Shown: positions 1 through 12,219 of the stretch, one piece after another
Layout: each line of letters opens with the position of its first letter
Position numbering within the stretch: the first letter of the stretch is position 1
Assembly: GCF_001194135.2 (NCBI RefSeq)
Contig: NC_068997.1
Coordinates: 13,800,661 to 13,845,435 of the forward strand
Direction of reading: 5' to 3'
Length of the DNA: 44,775 nucleotides
From: Octopus bimaculoides
Lineage: Eukaryota
Made by a program: the position numbers and the translations under genes
The notes under the pieces: model-generated
Database searches by the model: none
The model's input: the letters and a program-made list of their open reading frames with translations, nothing else
What the model was told of the DNA's origin: nothing

Positions 1-249
1 ATATGAATGTATGTATGCATGGTTATACTTAGGCTCATACATATATATATATATGACACATTCACACTCATAATGTAAAAGAATATCTATGAATGAACCA
101 ACAACTGCTCACAAAAGATATGAACTAATGCGTATATCTTTATATTTTCCGTGTATAGGTTTCAAAATCGTTTCTCAAAGTTTCATGGCACACGCGTGCA
201 TGCAGATACACAGGTACATATGTACGCACACATTTGTGCAAACATGCAT

Positions 250-428
250 ATTCTTTTCTACTCTAGGCATAAGGCCCGAAATTTTGGAGGAAGGGGCCAG
301 TCGATAAGATCGACTCCAGTACGCGACTAGTACTTAATTTATTGACCCCGAAAGTATGGAAAGCAAAGTCAACCTCGGCGGAATTTGAACTCAGAACGTA
401 AAAACAGACGAAATACCGTTAAACATTT
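250..428 (-). mobile_element. tRNA-derived SINE, family A (5'-truncated copy)
   Basis: Reverse complement aligns with the copies at 19660-19800 and 23476-23695. It retains the B-box-like GAGTTCAAATTCC (380-392 on minus). Confidence 0.75.
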
Positions 429-1440
429 GCTGGATATTTGCCCTTTGAATGCTAACGTGCAGGTCAATGATTAAACTGGATTAATCTAAGGAACATTATT
501 CTGATGGGCTTGGAGAATAGTTTGGAGTCTTTATTCGTTAGTTCAGTCTACATGCCGAAGCTGATTGGTCAGCGATAACAGACAGAGTTGCTTGTTCATA
601 CATGTCTGAATGAACAATCTAAGAATGTTAGCTTGCGTACTATGTATTGTAGATGTCAGGTCAGTATGTAGCGCTAATGATCGGCACAAGAGGGACATAC
701 GATTAAAACCAAGCATACATTAGCTAATATGCTTTTGGATTTAGGGAAGATAGAAATATAACATCATTTATAAACTATTAATAATTAACGATCTGGAATT
801 AATTAACATGGTTTTTCTTCTTGATAAATAGCAGTAGTTGCAATAGCATTTTTATCCCAAGACAGAGTTTACAAGCACTCGAATAGTTAAGGACTCATCA
901 ATGGTTGCTCAATGAGATGTTTGGGAAGGAATTTTTTTGCTTCCTGAATCTCTATATACTATAATAGAGAATGCAGCTTATTAAATAAGTATGTAACAAT
1001 TACTAAAAGTACTAAAAGAAAGCAATTATTAAAGGGTTGACCGTCTGGAAGTATTTTTATAAATTCATGTTCTAAGAAATTTCCTATAATTTCGATTTCT
1101 CAAGTTAACTGAATTTTTTAAACTCCATTTTCTAGCAAATTTAAATATTCATTGCATTCACTGCGTCCAATTCTTCACAGATTTCAATATTCATTGCATT
1201 CACTGCAGAGTATTCCATTTTCATTTGTAAAGTCTCTCACTTTCTCTTGTAAATTTTAATTCGCTATTTGGAAAACCGACAGTTTATTCTACTAATGAAT
1301 GCGTAATGTAAAATCATTATTTATTGAATGAAATTTTTTTTAAATACCCATATTATTTTTGAACGTGGTATAGCTGACAGAAGAGCTTTCAAAGCTGGGT
1401 AATTACGATTAGAAGACGAGGAGAAAAAAGTTACCTACAA

Positions 1441-1496
1441 GTACTCGAAACTTGCACCTTATTCACAGTTTCCAAGCATTCTATACCACTAAGCCA
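1441..1496 (-). mobile_element. Possible degenerate tRNA-like SINE head (A/B boxes only)
   Basis: Minus strand has TGGCTTAGTGG (A-box consensus TRGCNNAGYGG) and AGTTTCGAGTAC (B-box-like) at tRNA-like spacing. No SINE body follows. It overlaps an alternative exon reading. Confidence 0.25.
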
Positions 1497-1605
1497 ATAT
1501 ATAAACAAATAAGTTGTACGAGCGACTTCAACAGTGACACACACACACACAAATGAAAGGCAATTAATGTGTGTGGAGGTGCATGTGTGCGCGCGCGTGT
1601 GTGCA

Positions 1606-1645
<40 letters not shown>

Positions 1646-1780
1646 TGTGTGTGTGTGTGTACTCACTGACAAAACTTCGTGCTGCATCACTTTTGTGAAG
1701 TTTTGCTAGTGAACAGGTCACGGTTTCAAAGCGAAGAAAATATTTTGACACAAATTAAACTTTAATGTTGAAGTGAAACT

Positions 1781-2003
1781 GGTAAAACTTAAATACAGCG
1801 GTCCCTTAGCGGTACTACTTAAATACAGAGGTACTACTTTAATACAGGTGTTACGTACAAAACATTTAAAAAGTACACTGTGTGGACGTGTAATAACACC
1901 CTAACCCTAACTAACCTTAAAATCCCAAAAACTAACCCTAAAACTACTCCCACCTTCATATGGTTACGTAGATGCATCGGGACCGCTGTATTTAAGTAGT
2001 GCC
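1781..2003. mobile_element. MITE with 25-bp imperfect TIRs and 8-bp TSD (Merlin-like)
   Basis: GTGAAACT occurs at 1773-1780 and 2004-2011. Ends are GGTAAAACTTAAATACAGCGGTCCC and GGGACCGCTGTATTTAAGTAGTGCC (inner 19 bp perfect, 3 mismatches overall). 5'-GG termini with an 8-bp TSD are typical of the Merlin/IS1016 superfamily. Confidence 0.75.
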
Positions 2004-2888
2004 GTGAAACTAACAGCTTTTGTGTGTTCTCGAATGGCTTACAAACATCTTCCACGATGCAATTATTTTTGTTTCAGCACGCGATCTCAGATCAAGTCAC
2101 TTGCTATGCAAGTACATCTCCGTAATTCTTTTATATCACTGTGGATAAATGCCAGCAACGACCTTCTCATGTTCGCCAATATTCTAATTTCTAAACAAAA
2201 ACAATCGGGGGCAGGAAGTGGGGTTGCTAAAAATTCATAATTTCTCAAATTTTCTTTTTTATAGCATATAAACGTATTTAAGGGGGGGGGGTATTGAAAA
2301 GCATAAATACATGCGAGAGTGATAAAGAAACGAGGTGGGTTGTCTTTGGATGTGCTAGAAACAACAGCCAATCGCCTTAAATCACTCACTTTTCCCTCTG
2401 GAAATATTAACACCTTTTTTTTTATCGAAAATGTTCATCTCATGGTTTTGATGTGCAAAAAAAAAAAAAAAGACACTGGACAAAATAGGTCTGGAGTGGG
2501 ATGATGAGGGAGGAGGTATAAAAAAAAAGAGTTTCCAAAACTTTTTTCGTACGAAGATGCTCTCCCAACCCCATCCTTTCGAAGACTGGCTTAAAATGGG
2601 GAAAATCCCCAAAAAGATTTTCCCCACAAATTTCTTTATAATCGTAATTTATGCCATTTGAAAGAGATTTGTATAAATTTTCATTAAAAATGAAGATCTG
2701 CTGTTAGAAACGTCAAGAATATTTTTCTTCTTTTAAAAAGCTGGAACTTCAATTGGCTATGGTGTAAAACGCCATGGAAAGATCCATGCCAGCAGTATCA
2801 TTCAGAGAGAACATTCGAATTTTGATAAATTGTGATTGCAGACTACCAACAGCACAAGTTCTAATGGGCTGGACATGTTGCAAGGTTC

Positions 2889-2938
2889 ACACCGTGTGGT
2901 TGGGAAGCAAACTTCTTACCACACAGCCACTCCTGCCC
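2889..2938 (-). mobile_element. SINE family C head fragment
   Basis: GTGGTTGGGAAGCAAACTTCTTACCACACAGCCACTCCTGC matches the head of the copies at 16766-17128 and 38296-38455. Confidence 0.65.
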
Positions 2939-3137
2939 CGATTTCATATATATTTTTTCTACATGCATGTATGCATATGTATGTACATTATTAAAATTCA
3001 AAGTGATAAAATAAAATTTTTAAATACAAAAGAAAACAAGAACAAAAACGACTAATTGAAACTTGAGAACTGTTGTATATATTGAAAAAGTAATAATGAA
3101 ATAGAAATTAAATAAAATGTAAACAAAATGTGATTAC

Positions 3138-3160
3138 CTGAAAACCAGCAACACCAATAT
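3138..3160 (-). other. Candidate 23-nt micro-exon of an unidentified gene
   Basis: Minus strand reads ttttttctcaatttttcctttccag|ATATTGGTGTTGCTGGTTTTCAG|gtaatc, with a strong acceptor and donor in a U-rich context. All three frames are open. No transcript evidence. Confidence 0.3.
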
Positions 3161-4584
3161 CTGGAAAGGAAAAATTGAGAAAAAATATGTACTTAAAATT
3201 AAGGCATAACACATTAACCATACAAAATATGAAAAGTAAATATAAAGAAAATTGTGTACAAATGCAAAGAAAATTTTTAATTAGTTTTGTAACTAATTGC
3301 AAGAGAGAAGAACTGGGAATATATCATGAAACTCTCAAAAGAATAATAATTATTTAATAAGTAGTGTTAATAATCAATTTGAATAATGGTTATTTAGATA
3401 GCAAAACAATAAAATGTCTGCATGGACACCCATACATATATATATAAATATATATGATGATACGTAGTAGTAAGATCCAAGGATCTAGGTGTAGGAAGTT
3501 AGTAAGCTTCGAGCAGTTTGTAGAAGAAAACAAACAACTTTCAGGGACAATAATAGTGTATTGGCTTAGATGGTTGTATGTGTTTGCCACATCGAAGTTC
3601 GATAAGCTGAAAAGGTTCTGTTCTAGTTCATGGTTAACATCCAGGGTTCCTAAATATGCAAATGAAAATCTAAATGTCGGGAATGGAGCATCTAAAATCC
3701 AAGCTACACTTGTTTCCCAGCTAGCAGAAACCTCAACGAGGAGTACTCCACTAGCTATTTATTAGGCCAAAGATACCTTAGGAAAATGAAGGTCACATTG
3801 ATGTCAAGGGATCCTAAGTTAACTCACAGGAGATGTTATTTAAAATGAGTGGCGAAGATGGAAGTGAAGAAACAAAATGGAAGACCATATATATGAAGAA
3901 ATAAAATATGGGAGTGGACACTAAAGTTAATAAAGAAAAGTAGAGGGAAAAAGAGGGGGGAATTTTGATTAGATTGAAACTGATTAGGGGAAGATCGTTG
4001 TGAATATAAGGTTGTGGTCATTTACTATATGAATGGTAAATACATAAATATATTGTCACACCCGTTTATGTACATTTAAACAGAATCAAAGGAAAGAAAA
4101 AATTTAAGAAGTAAAACTATCAGGAGAAGAAGATGAAGGGAAGTGGATTTGCTAGATGAGAGTAAGAAAGAAGGCAAGATGGAAAATAAAGTTACATAGT
4201 AGTTTGAGGTAAATTGGTGGTTTACCCTTAACAGTAAAACTATATTTTCTCATATCTGCGCGCACGGATATATTTTCTCTCTGCACCTGTAGTATCCTAT
4301 AGGTGTGCACGCGTACGTACAAGCCTGCATATTCTCAGGTGCAAAGAGGAAGATGTAGAGAGATCGCGAGGTTAAGGAAATATAAATGTTATAAATACAT
4401 AGAAGACCTGCAAGTGGAGGTGGACAAATAGTTAGAGAATGATTGGGGAGGGTGGTATTATTTGTACCTTGAGAATGTGTTGCATAAACTATGTTTACAA
4501 TTTCCTTAGCGTCCAATAACACAGTACTTGCACCACGTCCTCACGTTGTTGTTTTTCTTGCTTGTTCTTGTTTGGATTGACAAT

Positions 4585-4742
<158 letters not shown>

Positions 4743-6333
4743 GCATACAAATACGAATAGAAAAGCTCTTGCTTAAAGAAGTGTACCACTCTGTTTAACA
4801 CTTTCCTCTATTCCTTAATTTGAAAGGCATTTACATTGAGATTTGAACCACTGACCGTTGAATCCTCTGAAGGTATCCTACTCAGACCAACATGGAAAGT
4901 GAATGTAGAACATTAATGATGATGCATGTGTGTATGAGCAAATGTATAAATATTACTATGTAATACATACACACACATATATGTGTGTGTATATATATAG
5001 AAAAAGAGAGAGAGACAGACACACGGTGATAGAGAGAGGCAGAATCAAAGATATGCAGAAATAGCAACTGAAAAATAAATATTGCTAATATAGTAAGAAT
5101 ACGTTATTTGTCATCGATGATAGGAGATACTTATATCATAGAAGTTCCTTAGAAACACACACAAGCACACAAACACACAGAGAAAGATGTACACGTCTTT
5201 ATATGTATATGTGCATACACACTCATACACCCCCTCAACTACCATCCATCTCTCACATTCCCCACTTGCATATCATTTCATTCCCTAACCTTACCTGGTC
5301 CCCACTTCTCACAACTATATCTATCAATATTAAAAAAGAATAAATAAAGTTCAAAGAGACGGAAATTGAGCAAATTCTTTAGACCATATTAAAGTGGATC
5401 ACAAAAAGTCTCAGAAAACTGCCAAGCAGACCCTCAAGTAAAATAATTTCAAACTGTGTATGCATGTCTGAGTGTATGAATCTTTGTGCAAGTGTACACA
5501 TACAGACCCATGTGTGTGTGTGTGTGTGTGTCTGTCTGTGTGTACATATATATGCATTTCTTTGCGTCGTATATACATATTTGACTGAATATATATATGT
5601 ATACACATTATTTACATGCATACCCACACATACAAGCACATGGTATATTAAAATGCATGCGTGTGTGTGTATGTATGCCTATGTACATGTGTGTATACAT
5701 TTATGGTCACATACAGGTGTTGGTAGCTGCCATAACTAGTTGTAGGGTGGGGAAGTAACTGTGACTCACCTTACCTCTAAGAATGTTGGCTTCAAAACGA
5801 TATACAGACAAGGATATTTTATGATAAACATGTACATACTTTATATATATGTGTGTGTGCATATAAGTGTCTGCATATGTACATNNNNNNNNNNNNNNNN
5901 NNNNNNNNNNNNNNNNNNNNNNNNNNNNNNNNNNNNNNNNNNNNNNNNNNNNNNNNNNNNNNNNNNNNNNNNNNNNNNNNNNNNNNNNNNNNNNNNNNNN
6001 NNNNNNNNNNNNNNNNNNNNNNNNNNNNNNNNNNNNNNNNNNNNNNNNNNNNNNNNNNNNNNNNNNNNNNNNNNNNNNNNNNNNNNNNNNNNNNNNNNNN
6101 NNNNNNNNNNNNNNNNNNNNNNNNNNNNNNNNNNNNNNNNNNNNNNNNNNNNNNNNNNNNNNNNNNNNNNNNNNNNNNNNNNNNNNNNNNNNNNNNNNNN
6201 NNNNNNNNNNNNNNNNNNNNNNNNNNNNNNNNNNNNNNNNNNNNNNNNNNNNNNNNNNNNNNNNNNNNNNNNNNNNNNNNNNNNNNNNNNNNNNNNNNNN
6301 NNNNNNNNNNNNNNNNNNNNNNNNNNNNNNNNN

Positions 6334-6365
<32 letters not shown>

Positions 6366-7022
6366 TACCATAAAAATTTGGCTGATTTAGTGAAATGCTA
6401 ATGCATATATTGAACATTAGTATAAACAGCTAGGCACAATATAATACTATGCAGAAAAAATGTTATTGTTACTAATTGTGACAGGATGTTGAAACACTAA
6501 TATTGCAAGATTTAAGAGTTGAAACTCTTAATGCTGTCATAAGTGAGCAATATGCATACACTGGCAGAGGAGATAACTTCCCCATGAGCACATCGAGGAT
6601 CATTAGACTAGTTTCAACCATCAGTCATAAGGCTTGTCAGTAGTGACTACTCAAACGCTCGATCGTTTGGCTTAATGAGTGGGTACAGGTTGAGGGAGAG
6701 GGCTTAGGAAGGTATGTTGTAAGGAAGAGATTTGACAGTAACAGCGTGTGCAGGTGTTTTCGTGAGGGAGAGTGGGAGATAGAGAGGAGGAGAATACGGA
6801 GTAGAAGTGATTAGAAGATGGGATGTGGGAAGATGTTTGTCAGAGAGGGGTTGTTTTGAAAGCATCAACATCACCAACACACCATTTTAGGACTTATAAA
6901 TCTAATATGTTTTTCTATCTTTCCTTAATACCGTTTCCCATATGCTACTCATATCTGCACTAGGTCTGCTTAAAGTCTTATAAGTTACATGGATTTGTTA
7001 CATGTGAAGTGAAAGAAGCCTG

Positions 7023-7066
<44 letters not shown>

Positions 7067-7190
7067 AAATAAGTTCAAAAAGAACAATTCCAACTTTCCG
7101 AGAGATCCAAAAATAGAAAAGATGATTTCTAATAAAGATTCATCATATTCATAAAAAACAGCCAGAGCAAGTAATAAGAGTATGAAAATA

Positions 7191-7543
7191 ATAGTTGAAA
7201 AATATTGTTATAGGTATAAATATACCATAAACAATTATAGAAAAATGGAGAAAAGTTGTTGAATCAGAATTAAATTTAATACAAAATTGGATTCAATACA
7301 TACACACGTTTCAAAGGACAATACAAATATGTAAGAAAAAATTATAATCATAATAATTATAATTTAATTATAATTACTATGATTAAAAGTTTTTTCTTAC
7401 ATATTTGTATTGTCTTTTGAAAGATGCATTTGTATTGAATCCTATTTTGTATTAAATCTAATTCTGCTTCAACACCTTTCTCTCCTCCATTTTATTTTAA
7501 TACTTGTTTATGGTATATTTATAACTATAACGATATTTTTCAG

Positions 7544-7547
<4 letters not shown>
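7191..7547. repeat. Long AT-rich inverted repeat (foldback / MITE-like), arms about 160-170 bp
   Basis: The left arm (atagttgaaaaatattgttatagg...gtaagaaaaaattataatcata) aligns with the reverse complement of the right arm (tatgatta...cgatatttttcagctat). It includes a perfect 25-bp block, gacaatacaaatatgtaagaaaaaa. Confidence 0.85.
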
Positions 7548-7582
<35 letters not shown>

Positions 7583-7689
7583 TAATAATTTAATATATGA
7601 ATTGCTTATTTCCATGCTGACTACCTGATAATTATCGTTAATGTGAATTTTAGCCTTATGTTATGTGTGTGTGTGTGTAGGTACACGTG

Positions 7690-7742
<53 letters not shown>

Positions 7743-8265
7743 GTACGTGTGAATATAGAAGTGTACATTTATGTTTACCATCCTTGAAACTGTGCAATAA
7801 TTGCAAACAAAAACTCCACAATACTAATGCTATAAGTACATAGCGTCATTAGTTTGTAAACGTCCATGGAAAAACAACCGTTAAAAAAATATTTCCCTTA
7901 GTATATTCGTATACAAATGACTAAGAACAAACACTAATTTGCTTGAAATAGGTGACAGTTAGTGACAGATCAACTCTTCAAGAATTGAGGTCAATGAACT
8001 TGATCTAGCTGATACAAGAACGGTGGAAGAGAATAGATAAAGATAATGATAATGTTCATAACGATGATGAAGATGATGATGATGATGATGATATTATACA
8101 TGCCTGTGTGCATAAATAAAAAATGTATATATATACATACACACTAACGTGTATCTTTTTTTCATTTTCCTATATATATATATATATATATATATATACT
8201 TATCCATATGCAAGTATATATATTTACATTTATATATATATATATATGTGTGGGTTGATATACAT

Positions 8266-8329
<64 letters not shown>

Positions 8330-8563
8330 TTATATATATACATATATATGTATTTATATGTGTATATTTATATATATATATAAGCATTAACAAAATAAAT
8401 ATTTATATATACACATGTTTATATACATATATGTTTATATATATGAATGCTCATATATGTATACATATATATATATATATCTTTATATATATACATATAT
8501 ATGTATTTATATGTGTATATTTATATATATATATATATATATACATATTTGTACACGTGTATT

Positions 8564-8629
<66 letters not shown>

Positions 8630-9196
8630 CACACGCACATATATACATGTATAACATGTGCATGCAAGTACGTGTAAACTATATAAATAAATTTTGTATG
8701 TTGATAAAGAGATAATATACAGATATCTGGATATCTAGATACATACATGTATGAGCTCACACACACACACACACACATACATGCACACACATGTACCTGT
8801 ATATGCATGCACATAGACATACACACAAGAGACACACTTACACATGCACACACACACACGTACACTCACATCTCAATATATATATATACATATGTGTGTG
8901 TGTGTGTATTATTTATATTGGTAGGGAGTTTTGATCCGGAAATGATATATAATTGATTCTAAGCACTATTATTTCTATATTTTAAAAAATTCTATGAAAT
9001 TCACGAAGCAAAATAGAGAGACAGAGATAGTAAGGAGTTATTAGAGAGATGAGAGAATTACTCAAAAACATATGCAGATATCAAATGAGAGTGAAACATC
9101 CTTGTTTGAGGAATATGTACATAAAGGTAGAGAGGTGAGAAGGTAACGTGATAGGAACAGAAAGAGAAAGAAAAATAGAGAGAGTGGGAGGAGGGG

Positions 9197-9236
<40 letters not shown>

Positions 9237-9355
9237 TAGGATGAAAGAAACAGACATGTGCACAGTAAAAAAAGCAAAACGTCATGTGACCATATATCAA
9301 AGTTGTAGAGAAGAAAAACTCTTCCCATTTGAAGTGATTATTTCACAAAATGAAA

Positions 9356-9390
<35 letters not shown>

Positions 9391-9873
9391 GGTGTGTGTA
9401 TATATATATATATATATCTGTATGTATTTGTATATGTATATATATGTATGTATAAGTGTTAATGTATTTATCAATAGCNNNNNNNNNNATACATGCACAC
9501 ACATATGTCAGCGTTTGTGCATGCATACATATATTTGTGCATTTGTGTATCTGTATGACAATGAGGGGTTGTGGTGCATTTTTGCATTCACACAATTATG
9601 TAATATATTCTCAGAACATACACACACAGAAAGTCCACGAACACGTACTCATAAGCTCTCACAAATGCATACCAACAATAAACATACATATGTACATACA
9701 TATGCATACATATATAAGTACTTATACACACACACCACATGTATATATACATGTATATATACATGTATATATACATATATATTCATACCTACACAAAATG
9801 TATATTCATATGTGAAGATTGCAATATTGTTTTATATAACATTAAATAATATATAAAGCTGTAATTTAACTAT

Positions 9874-9906
<33 letters not shown>

Positions 9907-9916
9907 NNNNNNNNNN

Positions 9917-9956
<40 letters not shown>

Positions 9957-11281
9957 TATATCTATATTTCTATATATACACACATACATATATGTGTTTG
10001 AATGAGTGTGAATGTTTGTGTGTATGTATGCATTTATATAAAATTTTATATTATATTCCACATTTTCTAATCTTCATCTTCTCTCTAAATAATTTAGAAG
10101 GGAAACTATTTACAGATTTTTTATTGTATTTCCTTTACATTTTATTTTTTCCTCATTTCATGTCAAAACAGGTATTTCAAATCTTCCTCCAGAACTTGAT
10201 TTACTCATAAACACATTACACACACACATCACACATGCACACACACACACACACACACACGTGTGTATGTATGTATGTATGTATGTATGCATGTATGTAT
10301 ATATATATGTGTGTGTGTGTGTGTCTGTGTGTGCATATATGTATATATATGTATATATACATATATATATTGATTGTGCCGAAGAAGAGAAGTACTCAAT
10401 ATATAGTATTGTCTGTATAAGCGTGTAAGCATGAAACTTAAATATTGGCATACAGGTTTGTCACAGATTTCCCCCACCATATATATGTGAGAACGCGTAT
10501 GTGTATGTGCGTGTGTGTGTGTGTTCATCCATGTGTGTATTTGTACATATATATATATATACATATATACACACACACAATATATATATATATATATATA
10601 TCAATGCCTTAAGAGATCTAATTAATACCTTGATCTTTTGAAAGTTTTCTAACTTCAGAAATGAAAAAAACATCAACTCATATAAATACACGTGCATTGT
10701 ATGTATGTATGTATGTATGTATGTATGTGTGTGTGTGTCTGTGCATACATGTCTGTGCGTGCATATGTGTGTGTGTGTGTGTATTTTCACGTGTAAATGT
10801 AAATTCGTTAATGTTCTGGGGTGCATGTGTGAAACAGCAATGTCTACATTGCTGTGTACATCGATATTTAAGCATTCTTAGGTTGAATCCTGCATCATAA
10901 TTTGAGGAAGAAAAACATTAACTAATATTCTTTTAAGATTTAAAATCTTACATCTTTATAGAAATAAACCATATGATGTATCTCTCTACACTGTGTATAT
11001 GTTCGAATTAATGTCCTAGTTTCGTATATATGTGATGCCTAACTAGTAACCATTTGTTTCTCACCTCTTGCTTCTCTCCCTTGTTTTCTTGCAGGTGCTT
11101 TATGGGCTTAAGCAAAAGTGTAATTCATTGAATAACAAATACCTGTATGAATTGCCGTGTGCAGTATCTCACATCCAGTTGACAAGAGTTTGGAAATGTT
11201 TCCTTCAGTGATATCAAAAACAAATCTCCCCTCCTCTACTATCACAGTTTTCAAGTCGATAACCTTTGTGGTATTAAGATG

Positions 11282-11600
11282 AATGTTGGCACAATGGAAA
11301 GTGGGTTCAGTGAGATTGTTGAAATGCTACAGCTGAAGTATTTAGATGTGTGATGTGTGCAAGAAGTAAGATGGAAGGGAGCTTCAGCCAGACTCCTCAT
11401 AAGCAAAACAAAAAACAAAGTTACAAACTCATGTTAGTTAATAGCAGTGCCAGTATGGTTGATGTAGACATACTTTTGGCAGACAAATGTGCTGCTAGAG
11501 TAATGTAATCAAAATAGTCAGAAGTATGATAGGAGTTTTAGGCTAAGACTAGTCTTAAATAATGCAATAGTAACATCTGTCTCAGCATGTACTCCACAAT
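11282..11600 (+). pseudogene. Degenerate APE-type endonuclease N-terminus of an RTE-clade LINE
   Basis: Translates NVGTMESGFSEIVEMLQLKYLDV*CVQEVRWKGASARLL. The NVGT and CVQEVRW motifs and a downstream SAYAPQ-like segment (SACTPQ) match RTE endonucleases. It carries a stop codon and frameshifts. Confidence 0.75.
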
Positions 11601-11680
11601 AAGGATATTTTCATAGGCCCCAAGGTCTAGATAGGTTGGGTCAAGCAACTAGATAAAAACCTTGATTTGCAGCTTAGTTT

Positions 11681-11802
11681 GAAAAGTTAACAAAACTACT
11701 CTCCAGATCAAAATTAAATTTAGCTGTTTAGTACTGGCAACGATCTCAGTACTAAACTGCTAAATTTAATATTGATCTGGAAAGTAGTTATGTTAACTGT
11801 TC
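11681..11802. repeat. Near-perfect hairpin: 56-bp arms, 5 mismatches, 10-nt loop
   Basis: 11681-11736 is the reverse complement of 11747-11802. The loop is GCAACGATCT. Confidence 0.9.
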
Positions 11803-11804
11803 CA

Positions 11805-12219
11805 GTAATGATCGTTACCAGTACCGACGGACTTCAGATCGTTGCCAGTACCGATGGACTGGCTCCTGTGCAGGTGACACGTAAAATACACCATTTCGAG
11901 CATGGCCATTGCCAGTAAGACATTTGAGTGAGATCGTTGCCAGTGCTGCTGGACTGGCTCCTGTGTAGGTGGCACGTAAAATACACCATTTTGAGTGTAG
12001 CCGTTGCCAGTACCGCCTGACTGGCCCTCATGCCGGTGGCACGTAAAAGCACCCACTACACTCTCGGAGTGGTTGGTGTTATGAAGGGCATCCAGCTGTA
12101 GAAACTTTGCCAGATCAGATTGGAGCCTGGTGTAGCCATCTGCTTCACCAGTCCTCAGTCAAATCATCCAACCCATACTAGCATGGAAAGCGGACGTTAA
12201 ACAACGATGATGACGATGA
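11805..12219 (+). mobile_element. RTE-like LINE 3' tail / RTE-tailed SINE (family B) with internal ~70-bp subrepeats and (GAT)n tail
   Basis: Repeated GATCGTTGCCAGTAC...GGCACGTAAAATACACCATTT units. It ends GCATGGAAAGCGGACGTTAAACAACGATGATGACGATGA. About ten other copies occur in the window. Confidence 0.75.

Noticed and set aside
1144-1206. 21-bp direct repeat AATATTCATTGCATTCACTGC x2
   Set aside because: Most simply a local slippage duplication with no other supporting structure.
3138-3160. DIGVAGFQ reading resembling alpha-amylase region II (DIGVAGFR)
   Set aside because: The match is only 7 residues, the conserved R is absent, and no other amylase exon is found in the window.
5707-6417. 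Long ORFs spanning N-gaps (also near 21025, 25641, 34326, 40673, 42217, 43046)
   Set aside because: They stay open only because N codons contain no stops.
8094-8956. YIYI/HTHT/VCVC ORFs here and throughout the window
   Set aside because: These are translations of dinucleotide microsatellites.
11075-11100. Strong plus-strand acceptor-like TTGTTTTCTTGCAG|G (also 23068-23083)
   Set aside because: Both run into retroposon-derived sequence with early stops and no donor.
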